From positions 6,114-70,113 of IMG/VR virus record IMGVR_UViG_3300042691_017212: a DNA stretch of 64,000 nt; one strand, given 5' to 3'. The notes under the pieces are model-generated. The model made no database searches and was not told the origin of the DNA. It saw only the letters and a program-made list of their open reading frames with translations. The translations under genes were made by a program, and so were the position numbers. This DNA is from a virus. Each line of letters starts with the position of its first letter. The stretch's first letter is position 1. Positions 1 to 10,157 of the stretch are shown in pieces.

Positions 1-2
1 AC

Positions 3-857
3 AAGGTAAAATTAGCTACAATTCTTGGAACTTGGCAGTCGACACTTACAGACTTTAAATATCTTCGCAAGGTTTGGAAAGACAACACCGAAGAAGAGCG
101 ACTACTTGGGGTTTCTTTAACAGGTCAATTTGGGCATAAGTTTATGTCTGGCAAAGAAGACCTAGTAAAGCTTGGCAAGTTTTTGGGAGAAATCAGAGAT
201 GTCGCAAGATTTATTAATAAGGCAGAAGCAGACAGAATTGGCATCAATGAATCAGCAGCGATTACATGTGTTAAGCCTTCTGGAACAGTATCACAACTTG
301 TAGGAGTGTCTTCTGGAATGCATGCATGGCATTCAGAGTATTATATTCGTACAGTTCGTGGAGACAAAAAAGATCCTCTATCTACATTCTTAAAAGAAGT
401 TGGAATTCCAGTAGAAGACGATTTTATGAAACCAAATGATACTTATGTATTTTCATTCCCTGTGAAAGCACCAGAAGGTGCAATAGTTAGAGACGATTTG
501 ACTGCCATCGACCACCTTAATACATGGTTAGTGTATCAACGTGAATGGTGTGAGCATAAACCATCAATTACAGTATCTGTAAAAGAAGATGAGTGGATGG
601 ACGTAGGTGCTTGGGTATATAAGCATTTTGATGAAGTATCTGGAATTTCATTTCTACCGCATTCGGATCACTCATACAAACAAGCTCCATATCAAGAAGT
701 AACAAAAGAAGAGTACGAAGAGCTTTTGGCAAAGATGCCAAAGTCTATTCGCTGGGAAGATTTATCATTTTATGAAACAGAAGATGGAACTAGCGGAACC
801 CAGACTCTTGCCTGTACTTCTGACGGTAATTGTGAAATTGTAGATATTTCAGCATAG
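3..857 (+). CDS. nrdJ: Class II (adenosylcobalamin-dependent) ribonucleotide reductase, 5'-truncated by window edge
   Basis: Frame is open from position 3 (KVKLATILGTWQSTLTDF..EERLLGVSLTG). Contains TCVKPSGTVSQL, EHKPSITV, YKQAPYQE and a C-terminal CxxxxxC redox tail. Confidence 0.9.
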   Translation, partial: KVKLATILGTWQSTLTDFKYLRKVWKDNTEEERLLGVSLTGQFGHKFMSGKEDLVKLGKFLGEIRDVARFINKAEADRIGINESAAITCVKPSGTVSQLVGVSSGMHAWHSEYYIRTVRGDKKDPLSTFLKEVGIPVEDDFMKPNDTYVFSFPVKAPEGAIVRDDLTAIDHLNTWLVYQREWCEHKPSITVSVKEDEWMDVGAWVYKHFDEVSGISFLPHSDHSYKQAPYQEVTKEEYEELLAKMPKSIRWEDLSFYETEDGTSGTQTLACTSDGNCEIVDISA

Positions 858-866
858 TGGTACAAT
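858..866 (+). promoter_or_regulatory. Extended -10 promoter (TGgTACAAT) upstream of holin-like gene
   Basis: Matches the TGnTAnnnT motif that recurs before many genes in this window. Confidence 0.5.
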
Positions 867-924
867 TAATATTGGGGTAAAACCCAAATTCCTGGGCACA
901 AGGCCCAGAAAGAGGAGGTCTTTA

Positions 925-1152
925 ATGAAAGAAGATCTTAATAATGATGGAAGGGTAACAATGCAAGAAAAAATTCTAGCAGCGTTAGCAAGCTATGGTC
1001 GTCATTTTCTTGGCGCCGCCATTGCTCTATATATGACTGGCAACACAGACCCAGGAGATTTAATTAAGGGTGGAATTGCAGCATGCTTACCAGTTATTTT
1101 AAAGGCATTAAATCCAAATGAACCTAGTTTTGGATTTACAAAAAAGGCTTAA
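925..1152 (+). CDS. Small membrane protein, putative holin
   Basis: 75 aa with two hydrophobic segments and a C-terminal LNPNEPSFG plus basic tail. Strong SD GAGGAGG. Confidence 0.55.
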   Translation: MKEDLNNDGRVTMQEKILAALASYGRHFLGAAIALYMTGNTDPGDLIKGGIAACLPVILKALNPNEPSFGFTKKA

Positions 1153-1173
1153 CTAAGTAGTCGATTAGGATTG

Positions 1174-1212
1174 CTCCTATGCTAAAATTAAGCATGGGAG
1201 TTTTCCTATTTT
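1174..1212 (+). terminator. Rho-independent terminator
   Basis: Stem ctcctatgct/agcatgggag (one G-U pair) followed by a T-rich tract. Confidence 0.6.
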
Positions 1213-1222
1213 AGGGGTATAA

Positions 1223-1567
1223 ATGGCTGCACAAAAGAATTTTGAAGTTGATCAGAATGCAACTTTTAGTTTTGAGGTTCTCTATTTAGATGAAGATGAG
1301 AACCCGATACAACTTAATAACCATACCGCTAAAATGCAAGTAAGAGATGTTCAGGGTGGAAAGAAATTAGCTTTTACACTTACTGAATCTGATGGAATAG
1401 TTATAAGCCCAACAGAAGGTAAGTTGTCAATATCTATATCTCCTGACAGAACAAATAAAATGTTTTACCCCAAATCTGCATATGATTTGGTATTAATAGA
1501 TCCAAGTGTTAATAAGACAAGACTTTTAGAAGGGTATATGACTCTCAACAGAGCAGTCACAATTTAA
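1223..1567 (+). CDS. Virion structural protein (BppU-N/Ig-like, DQNATF...YDL...RLLEG type)
   Basis: Motif pattern typical of small phage fibre-attachment proteins; first gene of the fibre cluster. Confidence 0.55.
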   Translation: MAAQKNFEVDQNATFSFEVLYLDEDENPIQLNNHTAKMQVRDVQGGKKLAFTLTESDGIVISPTEGKLSISISPDRTNKMFYPKSAYDLVLIDPSVNKTRLLEGYMTLNRAVTI

Positions 1568-2004
1568 TGGGAACTAAATTAATTGTTAATGAAGACAACC
1601 CGCTTGTTGTAGTAAGGGCTGCTGGTGCACCTGGTAGAACAATTATTAGCGGCGAAGGAAACCCTTCAAATACTTTAGGTGTCCCAGGCGATTTTTATTT
1701 TGATAAATTGACTACTAGGTTTTGGGGCCCAAAAGACTCGGACACTAATACATGGAACGTTTCTAATAGCTTTATACTAGACAAACAAATATCCTTAACT
1801 CATTCCTGGGAGTTAGCACAGGTTACTGGCCCAGTATTAGGAGTTTATTCAGTAGTAATAAATCATAATTTGGGGTTCCACCCAAATGTTACTGTAAAGT
1901 CCAGTAGTGGCGACATATTAGAAACAGGAATAGACTATAATAGTCTTAATATAATTACATTGAAAATGGCACAGCCTTTTTCGGGGACAGCGCATCTGTC
2001 TTAA
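1567..2004 (+). CDS. Fibre-associated structural protein
   Basis: GxPSNTLGVPGDFYFD motif and a C-terminal HNLGFHPNVTV domain. Confidence 0.55.
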   Translation: MGTKLIVNEDNPLVVVRAAGAPGRTIISGEGNPSNTLGVPGDFYFDKLTTRFWGPKDSDTNTWNVSNSFILDKQISLTHSWELAQVTGPVLGVYSVVINHNLGFHPNVTVKSSSGDILETGIDYNSLNIITLKMAQPFSGTAHLS

Positions 2005-2016
2005 AGGGAGTGAATA

Positions 2017-3528
2017 ATGGCAAGAAAATTTTTGGTTAGCATTGATTTAAATAAAAATGAATTACTCAATGCAAGAATCCAGAACTTGGGTACTGCTCCA
2101 AGCAGCCCAGTTACTGGTCAAATTTATTACGATTCAAATGACAACTTACTATATTTTTGGAATGGAACTGAATGGCTAACAGCATCTGGTGACTTTGGTG
2201 CAGGTAACTATACAAGTAGATTAAAGTTTGGTGAGTCTGTTGATCATGGTACATCAGCGTATGTAGCAAGAGCAGATCACAAGCATGATGTTGCTGATAT
2301 TATCGGAACAGCAAATCAAATAACGGTAACTAAAGCAGTAAATGGAAACGCAACACTCTCTATTCCATCTACTTTAAATGTCACAGATGTTGATGCAGCC
2401 ACATTAGATGCATCTGGAAATGTTACCGTAGGCGGAACTCTTACAGTAACTGGACAAACAACACTCAATGATCCACTACAGGTTAACGACTCCCTAAACG
2501 TAACTGGTGCGGTAGATCTTGATTCTACTTTAAATGTTGATGGTTCGTCTACATTACAAGATACTTTAACAGTAAACGGTAATGCAACATTTAATAATCC
2601 AGTTCAAGTAAATAGCACCTTAGATGCGACAGGTGCTGCAACACTTGACAGCACATTAACAGTAGATGGCAGTACCACACTAAATGGTGCTGTTGATATA
2701 AACAATACATTAAATGTTGATTCAACATCGACGTTTAATGATGATGTTCAAGTAAATGCGGATGTAAATGTAACAGGAATGATTACTGGTAATCTTACTG
2801 GTGAAGTTACTGGAAATGCCGCAAGTGCAACAAAGCTAAAGACAGCAAGAACAATTTCTCTTTCTGGAGATGTTGTTGGCTCAGTCTCATTTGATGGAAC
2901 ACAGAATGTAGATATCTCTGCAACAATTCAACCAAATTCAGTAGCTCTTGGAACAGATACAACAGGTAACTATGTTTCTACAATTACTGGAACAGCTGGA
3001 GAAATAACAGTATCTGGCTCTGGTTCTGAAAATGCTGCGGTAACAATTGGATTGCCAGATGACGTAACAGTTGCTGGCAACTTAACAGTTAATGGAAATC
3101 TTGATGTTCAGGGATCAATTAACTCTATAAGCACAACTGAAGTAAATATTGTTGATAATAAAGTTGTACTTAATACAAATGTAACTGGAGCTCCTTCAGC
3201 TGATGCTGGATTAAAAGTAAATCGTGGAACTTCAGCAGATGTAGAGCTGCTTTGGAATGAAACAGATGACCAATGGACTTTAACAAATGATGGTACAAAT
3301 TACCACGAAATAACTAGAAAATATAAGGCTACACTTAGCACATCAGCCACAACTTACACAGTAACCCACAACCTGGGGTCAAAAGATGTTGTAGTGCAAA
3401 TTTATGAAGTTGCTTCTCCATTCGCACAAATAGAAGCAGATGTTGAACACACTTCTACATCGGCAGTAACTATTAAATTTGCTGTAGCACCTTCAGCTGG
3501 AGAGTATAGAGTAGTAGTAATAGGATAG
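2017..3528 (+). CDS. Fibre/spike protein with beta-helical repeats
   Basis: About 12-residue repeats ([12 protein letters not shown] / [12 protein letters not shown]), [24 protein letters not shown] motif and a C-terminal THNLG domain. Confidence 0.7.
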   Translation: MARKFLVSIDLNKNELLNARIQNLGTAPSSPVTGQIYYDSNDNLLYFWNGTEWLTASGDFGAGNYTSRLKFGESVDHGTSAYVARADHKHDVADIIGTANQITVTKAVNGNATLSIPSTLNVTDVDAATLDASGNVTVGGTLTVTGQTTLNDPLQVNDSLNVTGAVDLDSTLNVDGSSTLQDTLTVNGNATFNNPVQVNSTLDATGAATLDSTLTVDGSTTLNGAVDINNTLNVDSTSTFNDDVQVNADVNVTGMITGNLTGEVTGNAASATKLKTARTISLSGDVVGSVSFDGTQNVDISATIQPNSVALGTDTTGNYVSTITGTAGEITVSGSGSENAAVTIGLPDDVTVAGNLTVNGNLDVQGSINSISTTEVNIVDNKVVLNTNVTGAPSADAGLKVNRGTSADVELLWNETDDQWTLTNDGTNYHEITRKYKATLSTSATTYTVTHNLGSKDVVVQIYEVASPFAQIEADVEHTSTSAVTIKFAVAPSAGEYRVVVIG

Positions 3529-3538
3529 GAGTTTAATA

Positions 3539-3916
3539 GTGGCTCGTAAATTTAAATCATTATTAAACCTTTTAACATTAAATGAAGATCCTGTTACTGG
3601 CAACGCTGGTGATGTTTATTTTAATGTAATAAGTAAAAATATAAAAATTCATAACGGTTTATCTTGGGTTGACTTAACTCCTGGATCTTCTGATCCAACT
3701 CCATTCTACATGCATACACATACATACGATGGAGATGTACACACAATAGACATACAAGAAACAATTAATTTTACAAGTGATATTAACAATGTTGCTTCTG
3801 TTAATGAAACAATTCCTGCTATAATTGGACTTGATGGTGGCGAACCAAATTCAACATATGACAATGTTTCCGTAACAAATGTTACATTGTTAGACGGAGG
3901 CGAAGTTGGCAACTAA
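3539..3916 (+). CDS. Fibre-cluster protein (N-terminus paralogous to 2017..3528)
   Basis: GTG start after GGAG. MARKFKSLLNL..GDVYFN resembles [17 protein letters not shown]. Confidence 0.6.
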   Translation: MARKFKSLLNLLTLNEDPVTGNAGDVYFNVISKNIKIHNGLSWVDLTPGSSDPTPFYMHTHTYDGDVHTIDIQETINFTSDINNVASVNETIPAIIGLDGGEPNSTYDNVSVTNVTLLDGGEVGN

Positions 3917-4976
3917 TTTCCCAACAAATTTAGACGATTTATCTAATCCACAAGGTACAGACTCTTTACAAGGCCATGCTCAATTACATACAAATGTAAA
4001 TGACGCAATAGAGGCGTTACAGGAAAAAGTAGGTGTTGATAATTCTAATGATGTAAATTCTTTAGATTATCGTGTCACCGCTCTTGAAGTTGCTCCTCCA
4101 AGCACTGAAGCAACATTAATATATGAGATAGTAAGTAATAATACTGGATCAGAAATTGCTAAAGGCAAGGCTGTATATGTAAGCGGAGCCGTAGGAGCCT
4201 CTGGAAAACTAAGGGTATCTCTTGCCTCAAATACAACTGAGACAACATCTACAAAAACATTTGGAATAACCAGACAAGCAATTGCAAATGCATCTGAAGG
4301 AGAAGTTGTATCAGAAGGAATACTTCAGGGAATAAATACAGTAGGCGCAAATGATGGAGACCCAGTATGGCTTGGCACTAATGGAGATCTTTTATTTGGA
4401 TTAGCCAATAAACCTTCAGCTCCAGCACACCTAGTATTTCTAGGTATAGTAGTAAGAGGCGGGCAGGCAAATACAGGCTCAATTTATGTTAAGGTACAAA
4501 ACGGCTTTGAGATAGAAGAGCTTCATAATGTATCAATAACAAACCCACAAGATGGAAACATACTACAATATAACTCATCTCTTGGGGTCTGGCAAAACGT
4601 TAATCTTGATCTTGAGTACGCAAAAGATGAAGATATAGATTTAATAAATACCACATTAGGATTGGCTGGCAATAACGATATAACTATCACAGGAATAGAG
4701 AATAAAACAACTGTAGATAGCTTTAATGCTAGTACATATAGAACAATCAAATACAGTCTACAAATATCAAAAGGTAGCGAGTATATATCTTCTGACTACC
4801 TGCTATTGAATGATGGAACTGATATCAACGTATCTGAGTCCAATATCATATCAAATACATCAAATAACCTAGCAAATGTTACATTTGAATCAAATGCAGG
4901 TATAATTAGTTTATGTGTTGCTCCCGTAACCACCGCTGTAACGGCAAGGTACGTTAGAACAGCACTTAAAGCTTAA
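3906..4976 (+). CDS. Fibre/decoration structural protein
   Basis: MATNFPTNLD start and ELHNVSITNPQDGNILQYNSSLGVWQN repeat motif. C-terminal domain shared with 4994..6490. Confidence 0.6.
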   Translation: MATNFPTNLDDLSNPQGTDSLQGHAQLHTNVNDAIEALQEKVGVDNSNDVNSLDYRVTALEVAPPSTEATLIYEIVSNNTGSEIAKGKAVYVSGAVGASGKLRVSLASNTTETTSTKTFGITRQAIANASEGEVVSEGILQGINTVGANDGDPVWLGTNGDLLFGLANKPSAPAHLVFLGIVVRGGQANTGSIYVKVQNGFEIEELHNVSITNPQDGNILQYNSSLGVWQNVNLDLEYAKDEDIDLINTTLGLAGNNDITITGIENKTTVDSFNASTYRTIKYSLQISKGSEYISSDYLLLNDGTDINVSESNIISNTSNNLANVTFESNAGIISLCVAPVTTAVTARYVRTALKA

Positions 4977-4993
4977 ACAAGGGGGTTGTCAGA

Positions 4994-6490
4994 GTGGCAA
5001 CAGTAAATAAAAATTTTAGAGTAAAAAATGGCCTGGTAGTTGAGGGAAGTACCGCTACCGTAAATGGCTTTGATATATTAACAAAGAAGGTCGATGATCA
5101 AAATTATATTATCGATCTTATTGGCGGTACTGCAACCTCTGCAAATGAAGCTAATAAAGTTGTTAAGCGTGATGGATCTGGCAATTTTTCAGCTGGAACA
5201 ATTACAGCTACATTTAGTGGTAATTTAACTGGTAACGTAACTGGTACAGTTTCGGATATTTCGAATCATGATACTGGAGACTTGGCAGAAGGAACAAATC
5301 TTTATTTTACAAACCAGAGAGCTCTTGATGCTACAGCGGCTGCTTACGACGCAGCAGGTGCAGCTTCAGCAGCGCAAACCGCAGCTCAAAACTATGCTGA
5401 TGGTTTAGCGGTAAATTATGACGCAGCTGGCTCAGCTTCTTCAGCTCAAACCGCAGCTCAAAACTATGCTGATGGTTTAGTAAACGGTTTAGACACAGAT
5501 GATATTGAAGAAGGTGCTTCTAACCTTTACTTTACAAATGGCCGTGCAAGAAATGCAATGGGTGCAGGTACAGGATTATCTTATGATACTTCAACAGGCA
5601 CATTCTCTGTAACTGCAAACACTTATGACGCTTATGGCGCAGCTTCTGCAGCTGAAGCGGCAGCAAATAGCTATACAGATAGCGAAATTAACGCATTATC
5701 AACCACAGATATTGAAGAGGGCACAAATCTTTATTACACAGACACTCGTGCTCGTGGTGCAGTAAGCGCTGGTTCAGGATTAAGCTATGATGGTGGAACT
5801 GGTCAATTTTCAGTAGACACATCTATTATTGCTAATAAATCATATGTTGATACAGCAATAACAAATCTTGTAGATGGAGCCCCAGGACTTCTCGATACTT
5901 TAAATGAAATTGCAGCAGCAATTAATGATGATGCAAACTTCTTTACTACAGTAACAAACAGCATTAATGGAAAGCTTTCGCTAACTGGCGGAACTTTAAC
6001 TGGAGCATTAACACTTAATTCAGATCCAGTAAATGCGCTTGAGGCAGCTACTAAGCAATATGTAGATGCAGCAGAATCTGCAGCACAATCTGCAGCGGAA
6101 TCAACTGCACAAGCAGCCCTTGATGATGTGCTAGATGGTACAACTGACTTCACAGCACTTGATGTAAATTCAGTTTCTCGTCAAGTTGCAGCAACAACTG
6201 GAAATATAGCTACAGCAGCAGCAACTACTGTTTTAAGCTGGAATAAGACAGACTATAGATCAGCTAAAATTTTGGTTAAGGCTAAGAATGGATCACATAC
6301 TCATGTATCTGAGGTAATAGCTACCCTAGATACATCAGATAATATTGCTTTAAATGAATATGGAATTACAACTACAAATGGATCATTAATGACAATTGAT
6401 GCAGACATTAATAGCGGAAACGTAAGAATCCGTGTAACTCCAGCAAATAATAATACTGAAGTTATGGCACACGCCACTCTTCTTGCTTAA
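4994..6490 (+). CDS. Fibre protein with TDDIEEGxxNLYFT repeats and Ala-rich coiled segments
   Basis: Three EG(T/A)xNLY(F/Y)T repeats; LVDGAPGLLDTLNEIAAAINDD motif common in phage fibres. Confidence 0.7.
   Translation: MATVNKNFRVKNGLVVEGSTATVNGFDILTKKVDDQNYIIDLIGGTATSANEANKVVKRDGSGNFSAGTITATFSGNLTGNVTGTVSDISNHDTGDLAEGTNLYFTNQRALDATAAAYDAAGAASAAQTAAQNYADGLAVNYDAAGSASSAQTAAQNYADGLVNGLDTDDIEEGASNLYFTNGRARNAMGAGTGLSYDTSTGTFSVTANTYDAYGAASAAEAAANSYTDSEINALSTTDIEEGTNLYYTDTRARGAVSAGSGLSYDGGTGQFSVDTSIIANKSYVDTAITNLVDGAPGLLDTLNEIAAAINDDANFFTTVTNSINGKLSLTGGTLTGALTLNSDPVNALEAATKQYVDAAESAAQSAAESTAQAALDDVLDGTTDFTALDVNSVSRQVAATTGNIATAAATTVLSWNKTDYRSAKILVKAKNGSHTHVSEVIATLDTSDNIALNEYGITTTNGSLMTIDADINSGNVRIRVTPANNNTEVMAHATLLA
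5375..5480 (+). repeat. 34-nt exact direct repeat, 72-nt period, in frame
   Basis: caaaccgcagctcaaaactatgctgatggtttag at 5375-5408 and 5447-5480. Confidence 0.85.
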
Positions 6491-6505
6491 CAACTAAATA
6501 TTAAT

Positions 6506-6528
6506 TGGTGGGGGCCAGTCCCCCACCT
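6506..6528 (+). terminator. GC-rich hairpin between fibre genes (terminator or processing site)
   Basis: ggtggggg-ccagt-cccccacc; no clear U-tract. Confidence 0.45.
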
Positions 6529-6552
6529 AAAATTTCGGGGGATATTGAACTC

Positions 6553-6873
6553 GTGGCAACATTAAATAGAGACTTTAAAGTTAAAAATAATCTAGTAGTC
6601 CAATCTGGACAGGTTACACTAGGCTCAGTGCCCCTTAGATATAATTCAGACAATAATAAATTACAAATTCAAGTCAATAATCAGTGGATAGATATATCTG
6701 ACTCTAATGACATGGGTTTTAATGATTTAGATTTAGCCATTGACTACAATGGCTCACCAATATATTCTGTTGGTGATACGGGGATCGTTACTGAGGCTAC
6801 TAAATTTGCCGACGGCGGTTCCCCAAGTAGCTCATCATTTGCACTTACATTTGATTCGGGAGTGGTTTCCTAG
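6553..6873 (+). CDS. Small fibre-cluster protein (start revised to GTG 6553)
   Basis: MATLNRDFKVKNNLVV is paralogous to MATVNKNFRVKNGLVV at 4994. The upstream in-frame extension runs through a hairpin. Confidence 0.6.
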   Translation: MATLNRDFKVKNNLVVQSGQVTLGSVPLRYNSDNNKLQIQVNNQWIDISDSNDMGFNDLDLAIDYNGSPIYSVGDTGIVTEATKFADGGSPSSSSFALTFDSGVVS

Positions 6874-6886
6874 TAAAATAAGCAAG

Positions 6887-6895
6887 TGGTATAAT
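6887..6895 (+). promoter_or_regulatory. Extended -10 promoter TGGTATAAT
   Basis: Perfect TGnTATAAT upstream of 6920. Confidence 0.6.
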
Positions 6896-6919
6896 TCTAA
6901 TATAGGGGTATAAAATAAA

Positions 6920-9900
6920 ATGGCAACAGTAAGAATTCAACTTAGAAGAGGAACATCTTCACAATGGGATACCGCAAACCCAACATTAGCAGCGGGCGAA
7001 ATTGGTATTGAAACAGATACCAATACATTTAAATTTGGTGATGGCGTAACAGACTGGAATAGTTTAAGTTATGCGCTATCAGACACAGTAGATGATTATA
7101 TACCATTATCAGAAAAAGGTGTGGCTTTAGGAGTAGCAACTCTAGATGCTAGTGGATATGTTCCAACATCACAATTACCACCATTAGCTAAAATTACAGT
7201 AAATGCAGTTGCTGATCAAGCAGCACGTTTAGCATTAACTGTTGAGCCTGGTGATATTGCAATTCAGTCAGACAACGGAACAACTTATGTACTTCAGTCA
7301 TCCCCAGCATCTACAAATGCAAACTGGAAAGAGATTTCAGCTACAGCAGCCATTTCTGCAGCAGTCTCAGCTCATGAGTCAGATACAACGAATGTTCATG
7401 GAATAGGCGACACTTCAATATTAGTAACCACAACTGGTACTCAAACTTTAACCAACAAAACAATTACTTCTCCAGCGGGATTAGTAAAGGCAGATGTTGG
7501 ACTTTCAAATGTAGATAATACATCTGATGCAGATAAGCCAGTTTCAACAGCTCAAGCAGCAGCTGATGCTGCAGTAGCATCAACCGCTGCAACAGCATTA
7601 TCTAATCACGAGTCAGACACATCAAATGTTCATGGGATAGCTGATACTTCTGTATTAGTTACATTGTCTGGATCACAAACATTATTAAATAAAACATTAA
7701 CATCTCCAGTAATTAACGGACCAACTGGATTAGTAAAAGCAGACGTAGGACTTGAAAATGTTGACAACACTTCAGATGCAAATAAGCCAATTTCTACAGC
7801 AGTTCAAGGAGCCTTGGACTCCATCACCAACCAACTAGAAGCAGCAGTTGCTGGCATCAGCATTAAGGATTCAGTTCGTGTCGCATCTGATACAAATATT
7901 ACTCTAAGCGGAACACAAACAGTTGACGGAGTAGCATTGTCGGTCGGAGACAGAGTTTTGGTAGCTGGACAAACAGATGCCAAAACAAACGGCGTATATG
8001 TAGTAGCTTCGGGTGCTTGGACTAGAGCAACAGATTTTGATGAGACTTCCGAAGTTAAAGAAGGAAACTTTGTTTTCGTTCAAGAAGGAACTACTAACGG
8101 TTCACATGGATATGTCCTTATATCAGAAGGTTCTGGAGCTGGAGAGTCCATTATATTTGGAACAGATAGCTTAAACTTTACTCAATTTACAGGCGCTAAC
8201 CTTGTTATTGCTGGTACTGGATTAGTAAGAACTGGAGACAATACTTTAAGTGTAAATACTTCAGAAATAGCTACGGTAACTTATGTCGGTAACGCAATAG
8301 ATGGACTAGATCCAGATTTTGCAGCAAAGGCTAATTTAGATGGCGGAGCAACATTTACTGGAACAATTGTTCTTCCATCAACAACATCAATTGGAGATGT
8401 AAGCTCTCAAGAAATATCATATCTAGACGGTGTAACTTCTTCAATTCAAACTCAAATTACAAACTTAACAAATAACACAGCTTCTGATATTTCAGATTTG
8501 CAGACATTAAAGGCCCCACTAGAGTCACCAACATTTACTGGTACTGTAGTTTTGCCAGCTACAACAAGCATAGATAATGTTTCTGGTACAGAAATATCAT
8601 ATTTAAATGGAACTACATCAAATATTCAACAACAAATTGATGCTAAGGCGCCAAGCGACGGTGCAGTATTTACGGGCACAATTAGCTTGCCACAAACAAC
8701 AAGCATAGGTGCAGTTTCAGATACAGAACTTCAATATTTAAATGGAGTTACAGCAGGAATTCAGGGTCAAATTGATACTAAGTCTCCTTCTGCAAACCCA
8801 ACATTTACTGGAACAGTAGTTCTTCCAGATACAACAAGTATTGGAAATGTCTCTTCAACAGAAATTGGATACTTAGATGGTGTAACCTCTAGCATTCAAA
8901 ATCAAATTGATACAAAGGCAAGTAACTCAGCATTGTCTAGCCATGAATCAGACACAACAAATATTCATGGAATAACAGACACGTCAAAATTAGTAACTAC
9001 AGATGGAGTACAAACTCTTACAAATAAGACAATAACAAGTCCATCTGGATTAGTAAAAGCAGATGTAGGTCTTGGAAATGTTGATAATACATCTGATTTA
9101 AATAAGCCAGTCTCTAATGATACACAAACAGCTTTAGATCTTAAGGCACCAATTGCAAACCCAACATTTACTGGAACAGTATCAGGCATCACAAAGTCCA
9201 TGGTTGGACTTGGAAATGTAGATAACACATCTGATGTAAATAAACCAATTTCTACAGCAACTCAAACAGCATTAGACGCTAAAGCTTCATTATCTGGTGC
9301 CACATTTACTGGATCAGTAGAAATTGATCAAAATCTTGTAGTAGATGGAAACTTAACTGTTAATGGTACAACATTTAATGCCAGCTCTACATCAATTGTT
9401 ATTGAAGATAATTTGGTTCAGCTTGCACATCAAAATGCCGCCAATACAGTAGACCTTGGTATTGTTGTAGCTTACAATGATGGTACGGCAAAACACGCAG
9501 GTATTGTTAGAGACGTTTCTGCTAATAAGTGGAAACTTTTCGAAGGTGTAACAGATGAGCCTTCCACTACTGTTAATTTTGCTCAAGGAACTTTAGACGA
9601 TTTAGAGGTTGCTGATATTACAGCGTCTTCAGCAACTATTGGAAATGTTTCAAACACCGAATTGCAATATTTAGATGGGGTTACATCATCAATTCAAACT
9701 CAAATAAATACAAAAGCTCCAACAGCATCACCAACATTTACTGGAACAGTAACCGTTTCGGCATCTGGAGTAGCATTTACAGATGGAACTCAAACAAAAG
9801 AAGGTGTTCCTTCAAGAACATACATATATGGAGCAGCTAATAGCAATGCTATAACTTCAGATACAACATTAAGCACTTTAGCATATAGAGATTCCTTAAT

Positions 9901-10141
9901 TGAAGTAAATAGCTCCAGCGCAGTAACTTTAACTGTGCCACCAAATTCAACTGCAGCATTCCCAATAGGAACATCATGGGATATAGTTAGAATGGGTTCT
10001 GGCGCTGTTACAATAGCAGCAGGATCTGGTGTTACAGTAAACGCAACACCAGGATTAAAACTAAGAGCTCAATATTCTTCTGGAACATTATTTAAGAGAG
10101 GAACGGATTCCTGGTTGTTAATCGGAGATTTAACAGCATAA
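6920..10141 (+). CDS. Long fibre protein with Mtd-N/hyaluronidase-N-like N-terminus
   Basis: RIQLRRGTSSQW..LAAGEIGIETDT..KFGDG N-terminus. Four VGLxNVDNTSDxxKP repeats, five ExxYLxGxTxxIQxQI repeats and PTFTGTV repeats. Confidence 0.75.
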   Translation: MATVRIQLRRGTSSQWDTANPTLAAGEIGIETDTNTFKFGDGVTDWNSLSYALSDTVDDYIPLSEKGVALGVATLDASGYVPTSQLPPLAKITVNAVADQAARLALTVEPGDIAIQSDNGTTYVLQSSPASTNANWKEISATAAISAAVSAHESDTTNVHGIGDTSILVTTTGTQTLTNKTITSPAGLVKADVGLSNVDNTSDADKPVSTAQAAADAAVASTAATALSNHESDTSNVHGIADTSVLVTLSGSQTLLNKTLTSPVINGPTGLVKADVGLENVDNTSDANKPISTAVQGALDSITNQLEAAVAGISIKDSVRVASDTNITLSGTQTVDGVALSVGDRVLVAGQTDAKTNGVYVVASGAWTRATDFDETSEVKEGNFVFVQEGTTNGSHGYVLISEGSGAGESIIFGTDSLNFTQFTGANLVIAGTGLVRTGDNTLSVNTSEIATVTYVGNAIDGLDPDFAAKANLDGGATFTGTIVLPSTTSIGDVSSQEISYLDGVTSSIQTQITNLTNNTASDISDLQTLKAPLESPTFTGTVVLPATTSIDNVSGTEISYLNGTTSNIQQQIDAKAPSDGAVFTGTISLPQTTSIGAVSDTELQYLNGVTAGIQGQIDTKSPSANPTFTGTVVLPDTTSIGNVSSTEIGYLDGVTSSIQNQIDTKASNSALSSHESDTTNIHGITDTSKLVTTDGVQTLTNKTITSPSGLVKADVGLGNVDNTSDLNKPVSNDTQTALDLKAPIANPTFTGTVSGITKSMVGLGNVDNTSDVNKPISTATQTALDAKASLSGATFTGSVEIDQNLVVDGNLTVNGTTFNASSTSIVIEDNLVQLAHQNAANTVDLGIVVAYNDGTAKHAGIVRDVSANKWKLFEGVTDEPSTTVNFAQGTLDDLEVADITASSATIGNVSNTELQYLDGVTSSIQTQINTKAPTASPTFTGTVTVSASGVAFTDGTQTKEGVPSRTYIYGAANSNAITSDTTLSTLAYRDSLIEVNSSSAVTLTVPPNSTAAFPIGTSWDIVRMGSGAVTIAAGSGVTVNATPGLKLRAQYSSGTLFKRGTDSWLLIGDLTA

Positions 10142-10157
10142 AAATAGGAGAAAAAAA

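Noticed and set aside
6920-10141. Diversity-generating retroelement suggested by the Mtd-N-like N-terminus and the duplicated repeat
   Set aside because: No reverse transcriptase in the window and no TR/VR pair with adenine-specific mismatches was seen.
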